Origin: Cytophagales bacterium
GTDB taxonomy: Bacteria; Bacteroidota; Bacteroidia; Cytophagales; Thermoflexibacteraceae
Assembly (NCBI GenBank): GCA_013298985.1
Contig: JAAFJS010000003.1
Coordinates: forward strand, 6,334 to 70,333
DNA: 64,000 nucleotides
Reading direction: 5' to 3'
Both the position numbers and the translations under genes were made by a program. This document shows positions 17,429 to 26,718 of the stretch, piece by piece. Each line of letters starts with the position of its first letter. Position 1 is the stretch's first letter. The notes beneath the pieces were generated by a model that was not told where the DNA came from, did not search any database, and worked only from the letters and a program-made list of their open reading frames with translations.

Positions 17429-18520
17429 ATGAAAGTATCTCGTTTATCCCTTTGGTTTTTATTTTACGTTCACTGGCTGGTTTTTTTGCCAGCTACAAAT
17501 GTCTTTTCCCAAGAAATTACTCAAATTGGCTACACGCAAACGGGCAAAGCCTCTTACTTTTCAGATGACCGCAAGGGTGCATCTACGCGCAGTGGTGAGA
17601 AGTACGACCCCTCGGCACTGGAAGCGGCACACGCCTCAATCGCTTTTAATAGCTTGGTCAAAATCACCAACTTAGACAACCGCAAGGAAACGATTGTACG
17701 CATCAACGACCGCCCACTCACCAACGACCGAATTATTGACATTACCAAAGCCGCCGCCGATGCACTTGGCATTACAGACCAAAAAACGGTGGTAGAGGTC
17801 AAAATAGAACTCATACAACTGGCTGTGCCGCGCAATAACGCCAGAGAAATATTGGCGGACGCGTACCGCCGTATCGCTACCAAGCCCTCAGAAGAGGCAG
17901 AAGAGCAAACAAAAGAAGAAGAAATTTTCGCAAGATATGAAGGCGAAAATGACACAAAAGAAGTGCTTCCTGACGAAAATAATGACAAAGAAAAGGAGAG
18001 CCTTCCAGTGAAAATCTCCACAAAGCCTGAGAAAGACGAGAAACTAATTGCCTTAGAAAAAGAAAAAGTTGCTCAAAAAAAATTAGCCGACCAGAAGAAA
18101 AAAGAGGTTGAAAGCAAGAAATTAGCTGAAAATAAAAAGGCAATAGTGAAAGCTAAATCTTTGGAAAATACCAAATCCAAAGGCGTGATTTCAGGGACAG
18201 CAAATCCAAAAGTAAAAAGCAAAGATAAAGCTACTTTTGACCCCACAAGCACCTATACGACTGAGGGTGAAAAAGTTAGCCCAGATGGTTTTGGCGTACA
18301 GGTAGCTTCTTATGATGAAATTGATAAGGCTTTAAGGCAAGGAGCTATCTTAGAAAAATTAAAATTGGGAAAAATTTATATCCAAGCGGGCTGGGCAGGC
18401 GGCAATAAAACATATAGAATCTTAGTTGGGAGTTTCAAAACCAAAGCCTTAGCCCAAAAGACAGCAGATAAATTAAATAAGAAAAATTATCAATCTTTCC
18501 CCAAAAAACACTTTGAATAA
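17429..18520 (+). CDS. RlpA-like (DPBB) + SPOR protein, divergent copy
   Basis: GKASYF, AAHASI, VRINDR, RIIDITKAAA; K/E-rich linker; C-terminal SPOR (GVQVASY). Confidence 0.8.
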   Translation: MKVSRLSLWFLFYVHWLVFLPATNVFSQEITQIGYTQTGKASYFSDDRKGASTRSGEKYDPSALEAAHASIAFNSLVKITNLDNRKETIVRINDRPLTNDRIIDITKAAADALGITDQKTVVEVKIELIQLAVPRNNAREILADAYRRIATKPSEEAEEQTKEEEIFARYEGENDTKEVLPDENNDKEKESLPVKISTKPEKDEKLIALEKEKVAQKKLADQKKKEVESKKLAENKKAIVKAKSLENTKSKGVISGTANPKVKSKDKATFDPTSTYTTEGEKVSPDGFGVQVASYDEIDKALRQGAILEKLKLGKIYIQAGWAGGNKTYRILVGSFKTKALAQKTADKLNKKNYQSFPKKHFE

Positions 18521-19494
18521 TGAAAAAACATAGCCTCTTATTTGTACTTCTTTCGCTATTTTTTATCAGTGCTGACGACCTCGACCAGCCTTATAACCGC
18601 ATAGGCTACGAGCAGGAAGGCAATGCTTCTTACTATGCAGACAAATTTCATGGCAGAAAAACCGCAAACGGCGAAGTATATGACATGAATGAGATGACTG
18701 CCGCGCACCCGCGTATTCGCTTCAATGCCAAGGTCAGAGTTATCAATGAAAATAATGATAAGTCAGTGATTGTCAGGATAAATGATAGAGGCCCCTATTC
18801 AGGCGGAAGAATCATAGACCTTTCCAAAGCTGCTGCCGAAGAGCTGGATATGATTCGGTCTGGCGTGATTCCTGTACGTATGGAAGTGGTTGATGTAGAG
18901 GAATTTACTATATTAGTTAAAAAAGAAGACAAAGAAGAGAAAAAAGTAGAAGTAGTCAAAAAGACCACCAAGCAAAAAACCAAGGTAGGGAAATTGATTG
19001 ATAAGATTTTTAACAAAAAAAAGCAAGAAAAACCAAAGCAGGAAAAACCAAAAAATAATGATACTTCTAAGCAAACTACTGAAAATCAGACTGAAGTAAA
19101 GAAAGAAGACAAATCTTCTCCCGCAGAATCTGGTACAGTAAGCAATAATAAATCAAAAGGTGGAGTGATGGACAAGCCACAAAACCAAGTGAGGGTAAAA
19201 AATAGTGAGGAAAAGTTTGCAGGGGTAAATACGTACAGCCTCTGGGGAACAGTAAAATATCCGAATGGATTTGGCGTACAGATTGCCTCTTATACGCTGT
19301 TAGACAAGGCATTAGAGAAAGGAAAAGCCATTTATGACAAGGGATTCAAAGATGTTTTTATCCAAACAGGCTGGGCGGGCGACAAGCGTATTTTTCGCAT
19401 TTTGGTAGGGGAAGGCTCTAACGAAACAGTGGCGGCTACCGTACCAAAGCTCAGAGAATCAGGCTATAATGGTTTTGTAAAACAACATTATTAA
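18520..19494 (+). CDS. rlpA: septal ring lytic transglycosylase RlpA + SPOR
   Basis: GNASYYADKFHGRKTANGE, TAAH, VRINDRGPY, RIIDLSKAAA; C-terminal SPOR. Confidence 0.9.
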   Translation: MKKHSLLFVLLSLFFISADDLDQPYNRIGYEQEGNASYYADKFHGRKTANGEVYDMNEMTAAHPRIRFNAKVRVINENNDKSVIVRINDRGPYSGGRIIDLSKAAAEELDMIRSGVIPVRMEVVDVEEFTILVKKEDKEEKKVEVVKKTTKQKTKVGKLIDKIFNKKKQEKPKQEKPKNNDTSKQTTENQTEVKKEDKSSPAESGTVSNNKSKGGVMDKPQNQVRVKNSEEKFAGVNTYSLWGTVKYPNGFGVQIASYTLLDKALEKGKAIYDKGFKDVFIQTGWAGDKRIFRILVGEGSNETVAATVPKLRESGYNGFVKQHY

Positions 19495-19498
19495 GCAC

Positions 19499-19533
19499 AA
19501 AAGGCAGACATTTCTGAAAAATGTCTGCCTTTT
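19499..19533. terminator. bidirectional intrinsic terminator
   Basis: 15-bp stem AAAAGGCAGACATTT / AAATGTCTGCCTTTT between convergent genes. Confidence 0.8.
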
Positions 19534-19553
19534 ACTTTTTTATATCAATTTAT

Positions 19554-20789
19554 TTATTCGTACCTCAAAGATTCTATTGGGTCTAATTTGGAGGCTTTGA
19601 AGGCAGGGTAATAGCCTGAAACAATGCCCACTACAAAGCAAACGATTATTCCGCCAAACATCCAAGCCCAAGGAATTACAAATCCACCTGAGCTAACAAT
19701 GGTAGAAACCAAATTGCCAATCAAAATACCTAATATGATGCCAATAATGCCTCCAATTTGGCAAATAACAATAGCCTCTACCAAAAATTGTTGTCTTATT
19801 TTTTGTGGCGTTGCGCCAAGTGCTTTGCGAATACCAATCTCGCGAGTACGTTCCGTTACAGACACCATCATAATATTCATCAAGCCAATAGAAGCCCCAA
19901 GCAAGGTAATAAAGCCAATAAACCCACCTCCAATACGCAGACTTCCAGAGGTTTCTGCCAAAGAAGCCGCCAACGATTCACTTCGCACAATCTCAAAAGA
20001 GGCTTTGTCGCCCAAGCGGTCTTGGCGAATTTGGCGCATCAATCCTTCCGCCTCACTCATTTGGTAATTGAGGGTAGAGGGGTCTTTGATGTAGTTTATA
20101 GCCGTAAAATACAGCCTACGCCCCGATGCTATACCCACGCCCGTTTGCAGGGGAATAAGTACAGAACGATTGATTGCCGAGCTGCCAATAGAACTTTCTT
20201 TGGTAAGTATGCCAACTACTTTGAAGTGTATGCCACCTACTGTAATTCCCTGATTAATAGCATCTTCCTTGTCAAAAAGTGTTTCTCTTAGCTCATCTCC
20301 TATCAGGCAAACGTAGCTTCCATTCCGCACCTCAACAGTAGAAAAACTTCGCCCCTGCGAAACACTATACGCCTTCACACTCAGGTAGTTCTCATCTATG
20401 CCCATCATTGCGGTATTAGGATTTGTTTTTTTAGAACGAAACTTTGCCTCTGCCGAGCCTGTAACAGTGGTAAAAACACTAATGGTGGCGTTCATTGGGT
20501 AGCGTTCCTTGTATTCCTTAATTTCATTGTAAGTGATGGGAGATTTGGTCGTTTGGCTGATACCGCCACGATTGCGCCCACCGCCACGATTCAAATCCTT
20601 GATGTCAAAGCTATTAGCCCCCAAATCAGAAAGCCCTGAACTGATGGAATATTGTATGCCGTCAATAGCTGTCAAGATTCCTACGAGTGCAGTGATTCCG
20701 ATAGCTACGATTGCCGCCGTCAGCGAGGTTCTTAATAAGTTGTCTTTGATAGCTTTGAGTGCTTCATTGACGTTTTCAGAAACGACCAT
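19554..20789 (-). CDS. ABC transporter permease (MacB/FtsX family)
   Basis: LRTSLT..IVAIGI, MacB periplasmic core, [44 protein letters not shown]. Confidence 0.92.
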   Translation of the reverse strand: MVVSENVNEALKAIKDNLLRTSLTAAIVAIGITALVGILTAIDGIQYSISSGLSDLGANSFDIKDLNRGGGRNRGGISQTTKSPITYNEIKEYKERYPMNATISVFTTVTGSAEAKFRSKKTNPNTAMMGIDENYLSVKAYSVSQGRSFSTVEVRNGSYVCLIGDELRETLFDKEDAINQGITVGGIHFKVVGILTKESSIGSSAINRSVLIPLQTGVGIASGRRLYFTAINYIKDPSTLNYQMSEAEGLMRQIRQDRLGDKASFEIVRSESLAASLAETSGSLRIGGGFIGFITLLGASIGLMNIMMVSVTERTREIGIRKALGATPQKIRQQFLVEAIVICQIGGIIGIILGILIGNLVSTIVSSGGFVIPWAWMFGGIIVCFVVGIVSGYYPAFKASKLDPIESLRYE

Positions 20790-21037
20790 AATTTTTTTAT
20801 TTTTTAAAAAGAAATAGCTTGATTAATTCAAATTTTTAACCGTTTTTAAACTCCATTAGAAGTTTTATTTGGTAAAAGGGGTAATTATGATTCTCCCAAA
20901 CTTCGTTAAGAGTTTTATATTCAACTATTTGTATAACTCCGTAACGCCTATGGTATATTTTTTAAAGAATATTTACTTTTGCTGAATTACTTAAATGCGA
21001 AAATAATACATTTTTTAAGGAAACCTAATAAGCAAAG

Positions 21038-21071
21038 AAAAGAATCAGACTTTTGGAGGTCTGATTCTTTT
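21038..21071 (-). terminator. intrinsic terminator downstream of susD
   Basis: 13-bp stem AAAAGAATCAGAC / GTCTGATTCTTTT. Confidence 0.7.
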
Positions 21072-21105
21072 CAAATAAAACTCAAATAAGTAAGTCTTCT
21101 ACTTA

Positions 21106-22731
21106 CTACTTAGGGTTCTTCACGGGTGCGCTTGTCCCTGAGGCAGGATTATAAGCCAGCTCATTGTCAGGTACGTCCCAATAATCCAAGTAGCCATAAG
21201 TAATGGTAGCATTGGTATTGAGTACGCCAGAGTTATTGACCACTACTGCACCTGTTCTGCCGTTGTCGAGTACGCCCCAACGTCTGGCATCATAGAAAGA
21301 GAATCCTCTGAAAGCCAAGGTGATGCGTCTTTCTCTGCGAAGCTCTTCGCGGGCGGCGGCAAGAGTAAGATTTCCGCCTGAAACTGGGGCTAACCCTGCG
21401 CCTTGGGAATTGCGGAGTGCATCAATTACTTGCAAGCCACCGCTGATGTTACCAGAGTTAATCAATGCTTCTGCTTTCATCAATTCGTTTTCTTCGTAAG
21501 AACCACCAATATACATTTCATAAACACCAGCCTGCCTTGACCCAAGTACAGCCACGCCCGCAATACCGCTTCCGCCGTCTATCATCTGCCATCTGGTATT
21601 GAAGGCATTTCCCCTATCGCTATTGCCTATCCATGCTCTGGGGAGTTGGAGAAAATTGTTTGCCAATCGTCTGTCGCCTGTTTTGAACTCTTGTACCAAT
21701 CTTTCGCTTACTTTGTAGCCCGCCGTACCGTTAGGGTTGCCTGTAGCTCTTGCGGCTACAGTGCCAGTTTGTGGTGCCATCAAATCGCCGTTGGCATTGG
21801 TACGCATGGTAAATACGTTGTCGTTAGCTCTTACGCCATCATTGACCAGCGCAGTAATTGCAGACCACTGGGCAGGACTCATAGCGGCAAGAGGCGTATT
21901 GACCAAGATATTTCTTGCTTTGAAGGTATTAATGTTTCTTTTCCACTGAGCAGGTGTAGGCGTGCCACCCTTGCCTATCTGGTTGATTTCAGGTATTAAT
22001 TTGGTCATTACATCTACGTAATCTGAGCTACCATCAAGTCCGTTAAGTGCGGCAATAGCCTTGTCGAAATTGGCATTTGCTTCTTCAATCATTCTTTCTT
22101 TACTCACATAGTTGCTGTTTGTTTTTGCGGCTTCGCTGTTTATCAAGCCTGCATAATAAATAGAGCCAATACGAGAGTAGGCAAAACCTTTCCACCAATA
22201 CGCCCAAGCGGTCAATGTTGCTTTTTTGTTGGTAGCATTACCTGAAAAAGTTACTTTATCTAATAACTCCAATATATTGTTTGCGCCATTGTTCATCGCA
22301 TACATATACGCCCACTCGTAGTAAAGCGGGTTATTCCCTTGATTAGAATTTGAATTAATTGCCCTAATCAATGCTTTTTGTGTATTGGGTGATTGAGGAT
22401 TTGGCACTCTGGTTCCATTGTCCAATACTACTACGTCAGGGCAACCTAACTGATTGATGAAAGCGTTTGCCGCTTCTACGCCTACCATATCGCCCATCAT
22501 TTCGTGAAAACCTACTGCGCCAGACCAAAATGTACCAAAGACACCATCAGAGAACTGGAGGTCGCGGAAACCGTTGGCATAAATCGCGCCTGTGGCAAAG
22601 GCAATGATACCAGATTCTGTATTGGCACTGCTCACTGTGGGCTGATTCGGATTTTTTACGTCTAACTGCTCTTTGCAAGCCAAGGTGCTGAAAAGAACAA
22701 AAAGGAATGTAATTATTTTTATCTTTTTCAT
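21106..22731 (-). CDS. susD: RagB/SusD-family nutrient-binding lipoprotein
   Basis: Lipobox TLAC, ELMKAEAL, LRRERRITLAFRGFSFYDARRW; directly downstream of susC. Confidence 0.88.
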   Translation of the reverse strand: MKKIKIITFLFVLFSTLACKEQLDVKNPNQPTVSSANTESGIIAFATGAIYANGFRDLQFSDGVFGTFWSGAVGFHEMMGDMVGVEAANAFINQLGCPDVVVLDNGTRVPNPQSPNTQKALIRAINSNSNQGNNPLYYEWAYMYAMNNGANNILELLDKVTFSGNATNKKATLTAWAYWWKGFAYSRIGSIYYAGLINSEAAKTNSNYVSKERMIEEANANFDKAIAALNGLDGSSDYVDVMTKLIPEINQIGKGGTPTPAQWKRNINTFKARNILVNTPLAAMSPAQWSAITALVNDGVRANDNVFTMRTNANGDLMAPQTGTVAARATGNPNGTAGYKVSERLVQEFKTGDRRLANNFLQLPRAWIGNSDRGNAFNTRWQMIDGGSGIAGVAVLGSRQAGVYEMYIGGSYEENELMKAEALINSGNISGGLQVIDALRNSQGAGLAPVSGGNLTLAAAREELRRERRITLAFRGFSFYDARRWGVLDNGRTGAVVVNNSGVLNTNATITYGYLDYWDVPDNELAYNPASGTSAPVKNPK

Positions 22732-22764
22732 TTGAAATTCGTGTTTAAAAATTTTTAGCTTATT

Positions 22765-25700
22765 TTAGAATCCAACGTTAAGCGTAAGTTGGTAAGACTT
22801 GTAGTTAGGCATAGTATTGTGGTCTGTGCCTCTGTCCCATGCAGAGTTGGTCGTGCCTGAGCTAACTTCTGGGTCCATGCCCGTATATTTAGTCCAAGTG
22901 GCAAGGTTACGACCAGAAAGCACCAACTGTAATCTTCTAAAAGATTTCATGTCAAATAGTCGCGCAAAATCAACAGCAATAGAGATATTTCTCAAACGAG
23001 CAAAAGAAGAATTTTCATAAAAATAATCTTTGGTGCCGTTTCTTGCTCTTTCTGCGTAGATGCCACGATAGAAGGCTGACCATGCGCCAGTTTCGCCATT
23101 GATGGTGAAAGGATTTTGGTAATCTGAATGGATACCATCGCGATACATCCATTCTTTGGTTTGGTTATACAAGTGTGCGCCTTGTACCCAATCCACTTGG
23201 AAAGCAAAAGAAAGGAAGCCTTTGTAAGTGAAATCGTTGATAAACGACATATTGAACAAAGGATTGGGGTCGCCAAAGCTATACTGATTTGGGGTGAAGA
23301 AAGGTGCTTTGGTCGTTTTATTGACTACAGCACCATTGCCTGCTACCTCGTAGTTGCCTTGCTGGTCAGCAGGAATAAATGGTGCACCTGTGTCAGGATT
23401 AGTTTGGTTTACATCTTTGAGTAATACAAAGCCAAACAACTGACCTATTTTTTGCCCTTCTTTCAGTACATAGTTAGTGCTACCTGCCGCAGAAGTAATG
23501 ACGATTTCAGGTCCTTTTACTGCGGTGATTTGGGAGGTCTGCCTACCAAAGTTAGTCGTAAAGTTCCAAGTGAAATCTTTTTTATTGACGATAGCGGCAT
23601 TCAAGGAGAACTGCAAACCATTAGAACCCAAAGAGAAAGCATTATCCTTGATAGTACCAATCCCTGTAGAAGGGGCAGAGTTTACGTCCCAAATCGCATT
23701 GTCTGTATTGCGTTTCCAATACGTACCTGAGAAATTGATATTTCTCAACCACTCGCCTTGCTTTAATATATTGAAAGTAATGTCTGTCCCAATTTCAAGT
23801 TCTCTAGAAACTTCCACACTCAAATCTGGATTACTTTGGGCGGTAGGTAAGAAAAACACGTTAGAGTTACCTATTGTTCTGGTATTCAAAGTTACATAGC
23901 GGTCAAATGGGCGAGGTTGGATACCTGCCGCGCCGTACGCCGCCCTGACTTTCCACTCAGGTAAGATATCTACCATCTTACTGTTTTGCCAAAAATCAAA
24001 AGCTGAAACTCTCAAATAAGCATCTGCGCGTGGGAAGGTAAAAGGCGTAGAGCCTCTCCCAAAAGCAGAAGAAAAATCAGTACGGAAACCAGCAGAAACA
24101 CCCAACACTTCTCCCCACTCGATGCGTTGATTCACTAAGTAGCCATACGTAATAAAGGGTTCTCTGTAATCCCCACCTCTACCATCACCTAACTGCCCCG
24201 CATCTGGTACTTTAAAAGTAGTTGCTTGGCTTAAATTATAGGGGGTGTAATCAGGTAAACCCAAACCATAAGTGATATATCTGTGGTATTTGGTATTGCG
24301 ATAATCAAAACCTACTTGGGTAGAGGTACGAATAGGCAGATTCCAGCCAAAATCCTCTTTGAAATCTGTATTCAGCGTAGCTTTAGTTATAAAATTTTGG
24401 AAAGTTTGATTATAGCTATAATTGTTTATTTCGCCTGCGCCATCAGGGGCAAAAAAACCCACATAGTTGCCACCTTCCCAGTAGTTATAGTTGGCATTTT
24501 TAGTTTGGTTTTCGTAGGTATAGATTGCTTCTTGCCTTTGGTAGTTCAAGCCATACTTTGCATCTAAGTCGAGGTATTTGTTGGGCTTGTAGTTGGCATT
24601 AAAGCTCTGGGCAATGTCTATTTTATTGTCCAAAGAGCTTGAATACTGTTGTCGGTAATACGGATTTGAGCCGTTTACTCCAGAGGCATCTCCAAAATAG
24701 AAGCCAGAATTACCATCATTGTCTTTGGCAGTATAATCTGCAAATGGGCGCGTATTGAACAAAGCGTAGATAATACCTTGGTTATAATTGATGGTATTTT
24801 TGGTATAAACCAACTGCGTAGTGCTGCGTAGTGTAAAGTTTTTGAACAGTTCCATACCAATATTTGCCATAAAGTTAGACCTGTCCAAGAAACCATTGTT
24901 TCTGATGTTACTTTCTTGGCGGTTGTTAGAGGCGGAAACAGCAAAATTAAACTTATCTTGACCACCAGAAATTACCACACTATTATTATAGGTACTTGCT
25001 GTTTGGAACAGTTGGTCAAAATGGTCAAAATATTTCAAATTTTTGTCATACGGCTTGTTAATCTGCGTAGTAGGCGTAGTGCTTCTCCAAATCAAGTTTT
25101 CACTGAAAGTGAGTGTTTCTTGGTCAAAAACAAGCGGCTGTCCAGAACCACCTATTACATTGCCACTTGCATCAGTATCAAAACCATGTAAATTAGCCTT
25201 TTTTAAACCCCCGATATTGAGGTAAGTGTTTTGGGTAATGCTGGAAGAAATATCAATGTTTACCTTTCCTGCTTTTCCTTTTTTAGAAAACAGTTGGATA
25301 ACACCATTTGCACCTTGTGCGCCATAAATCGTAGCTGCCGCCGCACCTTGTACCACTTCTACTCTTTCTATCGCATTCAAGTCCAGAGAGTTCAGGTTAG
25401 TTGCTGCCAACTGTACACCGTCCAAGAGAATCATAGGGCTTGTACCTCTGTTTACTGAGTTGATACCCCTGAGCAAGATATTGATGTTTGCGCCAGGCGT
25501 ACCGTCCGTACTGGAGATTTGCGCGCCTGCGATTTTACCAATCAATGCTTGGTCAATAGACGCTGTAGGAATAGAAGGCAACTTGTCAGCCGTAACAGAC
25601 TCTACAGAAATACCTATTTTCCTTCTGTCTGTGGCAGAGCCTACACCCGTTACCACCACTTCGGTAAGTTGGCGTACATCATCTTCCAGCACCACATCAA

Positions 25701-25971
25701 CCGTAGTGCGATTGCCGATTTCTACTTCCTGAGTAATAAACCCCACAAAAGAAATCACCAACTTGGTCGCACCCGCAGGTACAGCCAGTTTGAACTTGCC
25801 ATCACCGTCCGTGATGACCCCAGCATTTGTTCCTTTGGCAACCACATTCACGCCAGGCAATACGGATTTGTCCGTACCAGACGTAATTGTGCCAGAGATG
25901 GTTCGTTCTTGTGCAAACAACGAGCCAAGCAAGAATGTACAAAACATTCCAATAAGTAATAGTCGTTTCAT
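22765..25971 (-). CDS. susC: SusC/RagA TonB-dependent outer membrane receptor
   Basis: Carboxypeptidase-regulatory-like N-terminus, LTEVVVTG, plug AATIYGAQGANGVIQ, GDPNP, NLATWTKYTGMDPEV, C-terminal Phe. Confidence 0.95.
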   Translation of the reverse strand: MKRLLLIGMFCTFLLGSLFAQERTISGTITSGTDKSVLPGVNVVAKGTNAGVITDGDGKFKLAVPAGATKLVISFVGFITQEVEIGNRTTVDVVLEDDVRQLTEVVVTGVGSATDRRKIGISVESVTADKLPSIPTASIDQALIGKIAGAQISSTDGTPGANINILLRGINSVNRGTSPMILLDGVQLAATNLNSLDLNAIERVEVVQGAAAATIYGAQGANGVIQLFSKKGKAGKVNIDISSSITQNTYLNIGGLKKANLHGFDTDASGNVIGGSGQPLVFDQETLTFSENLIWRSTTPTTQINKPYDKNLKYFDHFDQLFQTASTYNNSVVISGGQDKFNFAVSASNNRQESNIRNNGFLDRSNFMANIGMELFKNFTLRSTTQLVYTKNTINYNQGIIYALFNTRPFADYTAKDNDGNSGFYFGDASGVNGSNPYYRQQYSSSLDNKIDIAQSFNANYKPNKYLDLDAKYGLNYQRQEAIYTYENQTKNANYNYWEGGNYVGFFAPDGAGEINNYSYNQTFQNFITKATLNTDFKEDFGWNLPIRTSTQVGFDYRNTKYHRYITYGLGLPDYTPYNLSQATTFKVPDAGQLGDGRGGDYREPFITYGYLVNQRIEWGEVLGVSAGFRTDFSSAFGRGSTPFTFPRADAYLRVSAFDFWQNSKMVDILPEWKVRAAYGAAGIQPRPFDRYVTLNTRTIGNSNVFFLPTAQSNPDLSVEVSRELEIGTDITFNILKQGEWLRNINFSGTYWKRNTDNAIWDVNSAPSTGIGTIKDNAFSLGSNGLQFSLNAAIVNKKDFTWNFTTNFGRQTSQITAVKGPEIVITSAAGSTNYVLKEGQKIGQLFGFVLLKDVNQTNPDTGAPFIPADQQGNYEVAGNGAVVNKTTKAPFFTPNQYSFGDPNPLFNMSFINDFTYKGFLSFAFQVDWVQGAHLYNQTKEWMYRDGIHSDYQNPFTINGETGAWSAFYRGIYAERARNGTKDYFYENSSFARLRNISIAVDFARLFDMKSFRRLQLVLSGRNLATWTKYTGMDPEVSSGTTNSAWDRGTDHNTMPNYKSYQLTLNVGF

Positions 25972-26718
25972 TTTAAATAAATGTTAATAGTTTGAAAATA
26001 AGTAAAACATAAAATAAATTGTATTTAGCTGATTAGAAAATGAGGTATTACCATAATCAATAAATTTGTAAATTATTAATTATCAAATCTTTACGACAAT
26101 TCAAACGAATAAATTTTTTAAACTTGTGTCTATTGTTAAAGCTATCAAAAAACCTTGCAAAATTTACAGTAAAAAGCGGCAAATGATGTGTTGCGGATTG
26201 TCTGTACGTTGTTTAAGGCTTGCCAAGTGCATACAAATTAATGGAGTAGTAGTGTGTGTCATTTGTGAATTTGTTTGTTAAGTATGTTTTAATTTTTTAA
26301 GTAATTTTAACGTTGCAATTTACAATGATTTAAAACAAATTTCAAAATATTTTGTGTTAAGATTTCAGATAGTTTTTGTAAATAATTGCTTATCAATGCA
26401 TTGTATTTTAAATTCATTCCTATCTCTTCAGGCTGCCAAAGAAAAAAACAAAAAAACATACATTAATAAATGAAGTCTAAGAAACCGTCTAAGTTAAGTT
26501 TTTTTGGAAATTTGCCCAATATATTTGGTGGTAATTAGAAGTGAATTTAGGATACTTGCTCAAAAATAAAGTTTGTTTTGCACTTAAAAGAAACCCTTTT
26601 TTGTTTGAAATGAATAAGATTTTTGATATTTTTGTTTGAAATCTAAAATCAATGCGTTAAAAACACAAAACCTACCTACATAACTATCAAAAATAAAGAC
26701 ACGCTAACCTCATTAAAT

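Noticed and set aside
26183-26281. Cys-rich 32-aa ORF on the + strand (MMCCGLSVRC...)
   Set aside because: The TGT richness mirrors ACA-rich sequence on the opposite strand; no modification enzymes nearby to suggest a RiPP.
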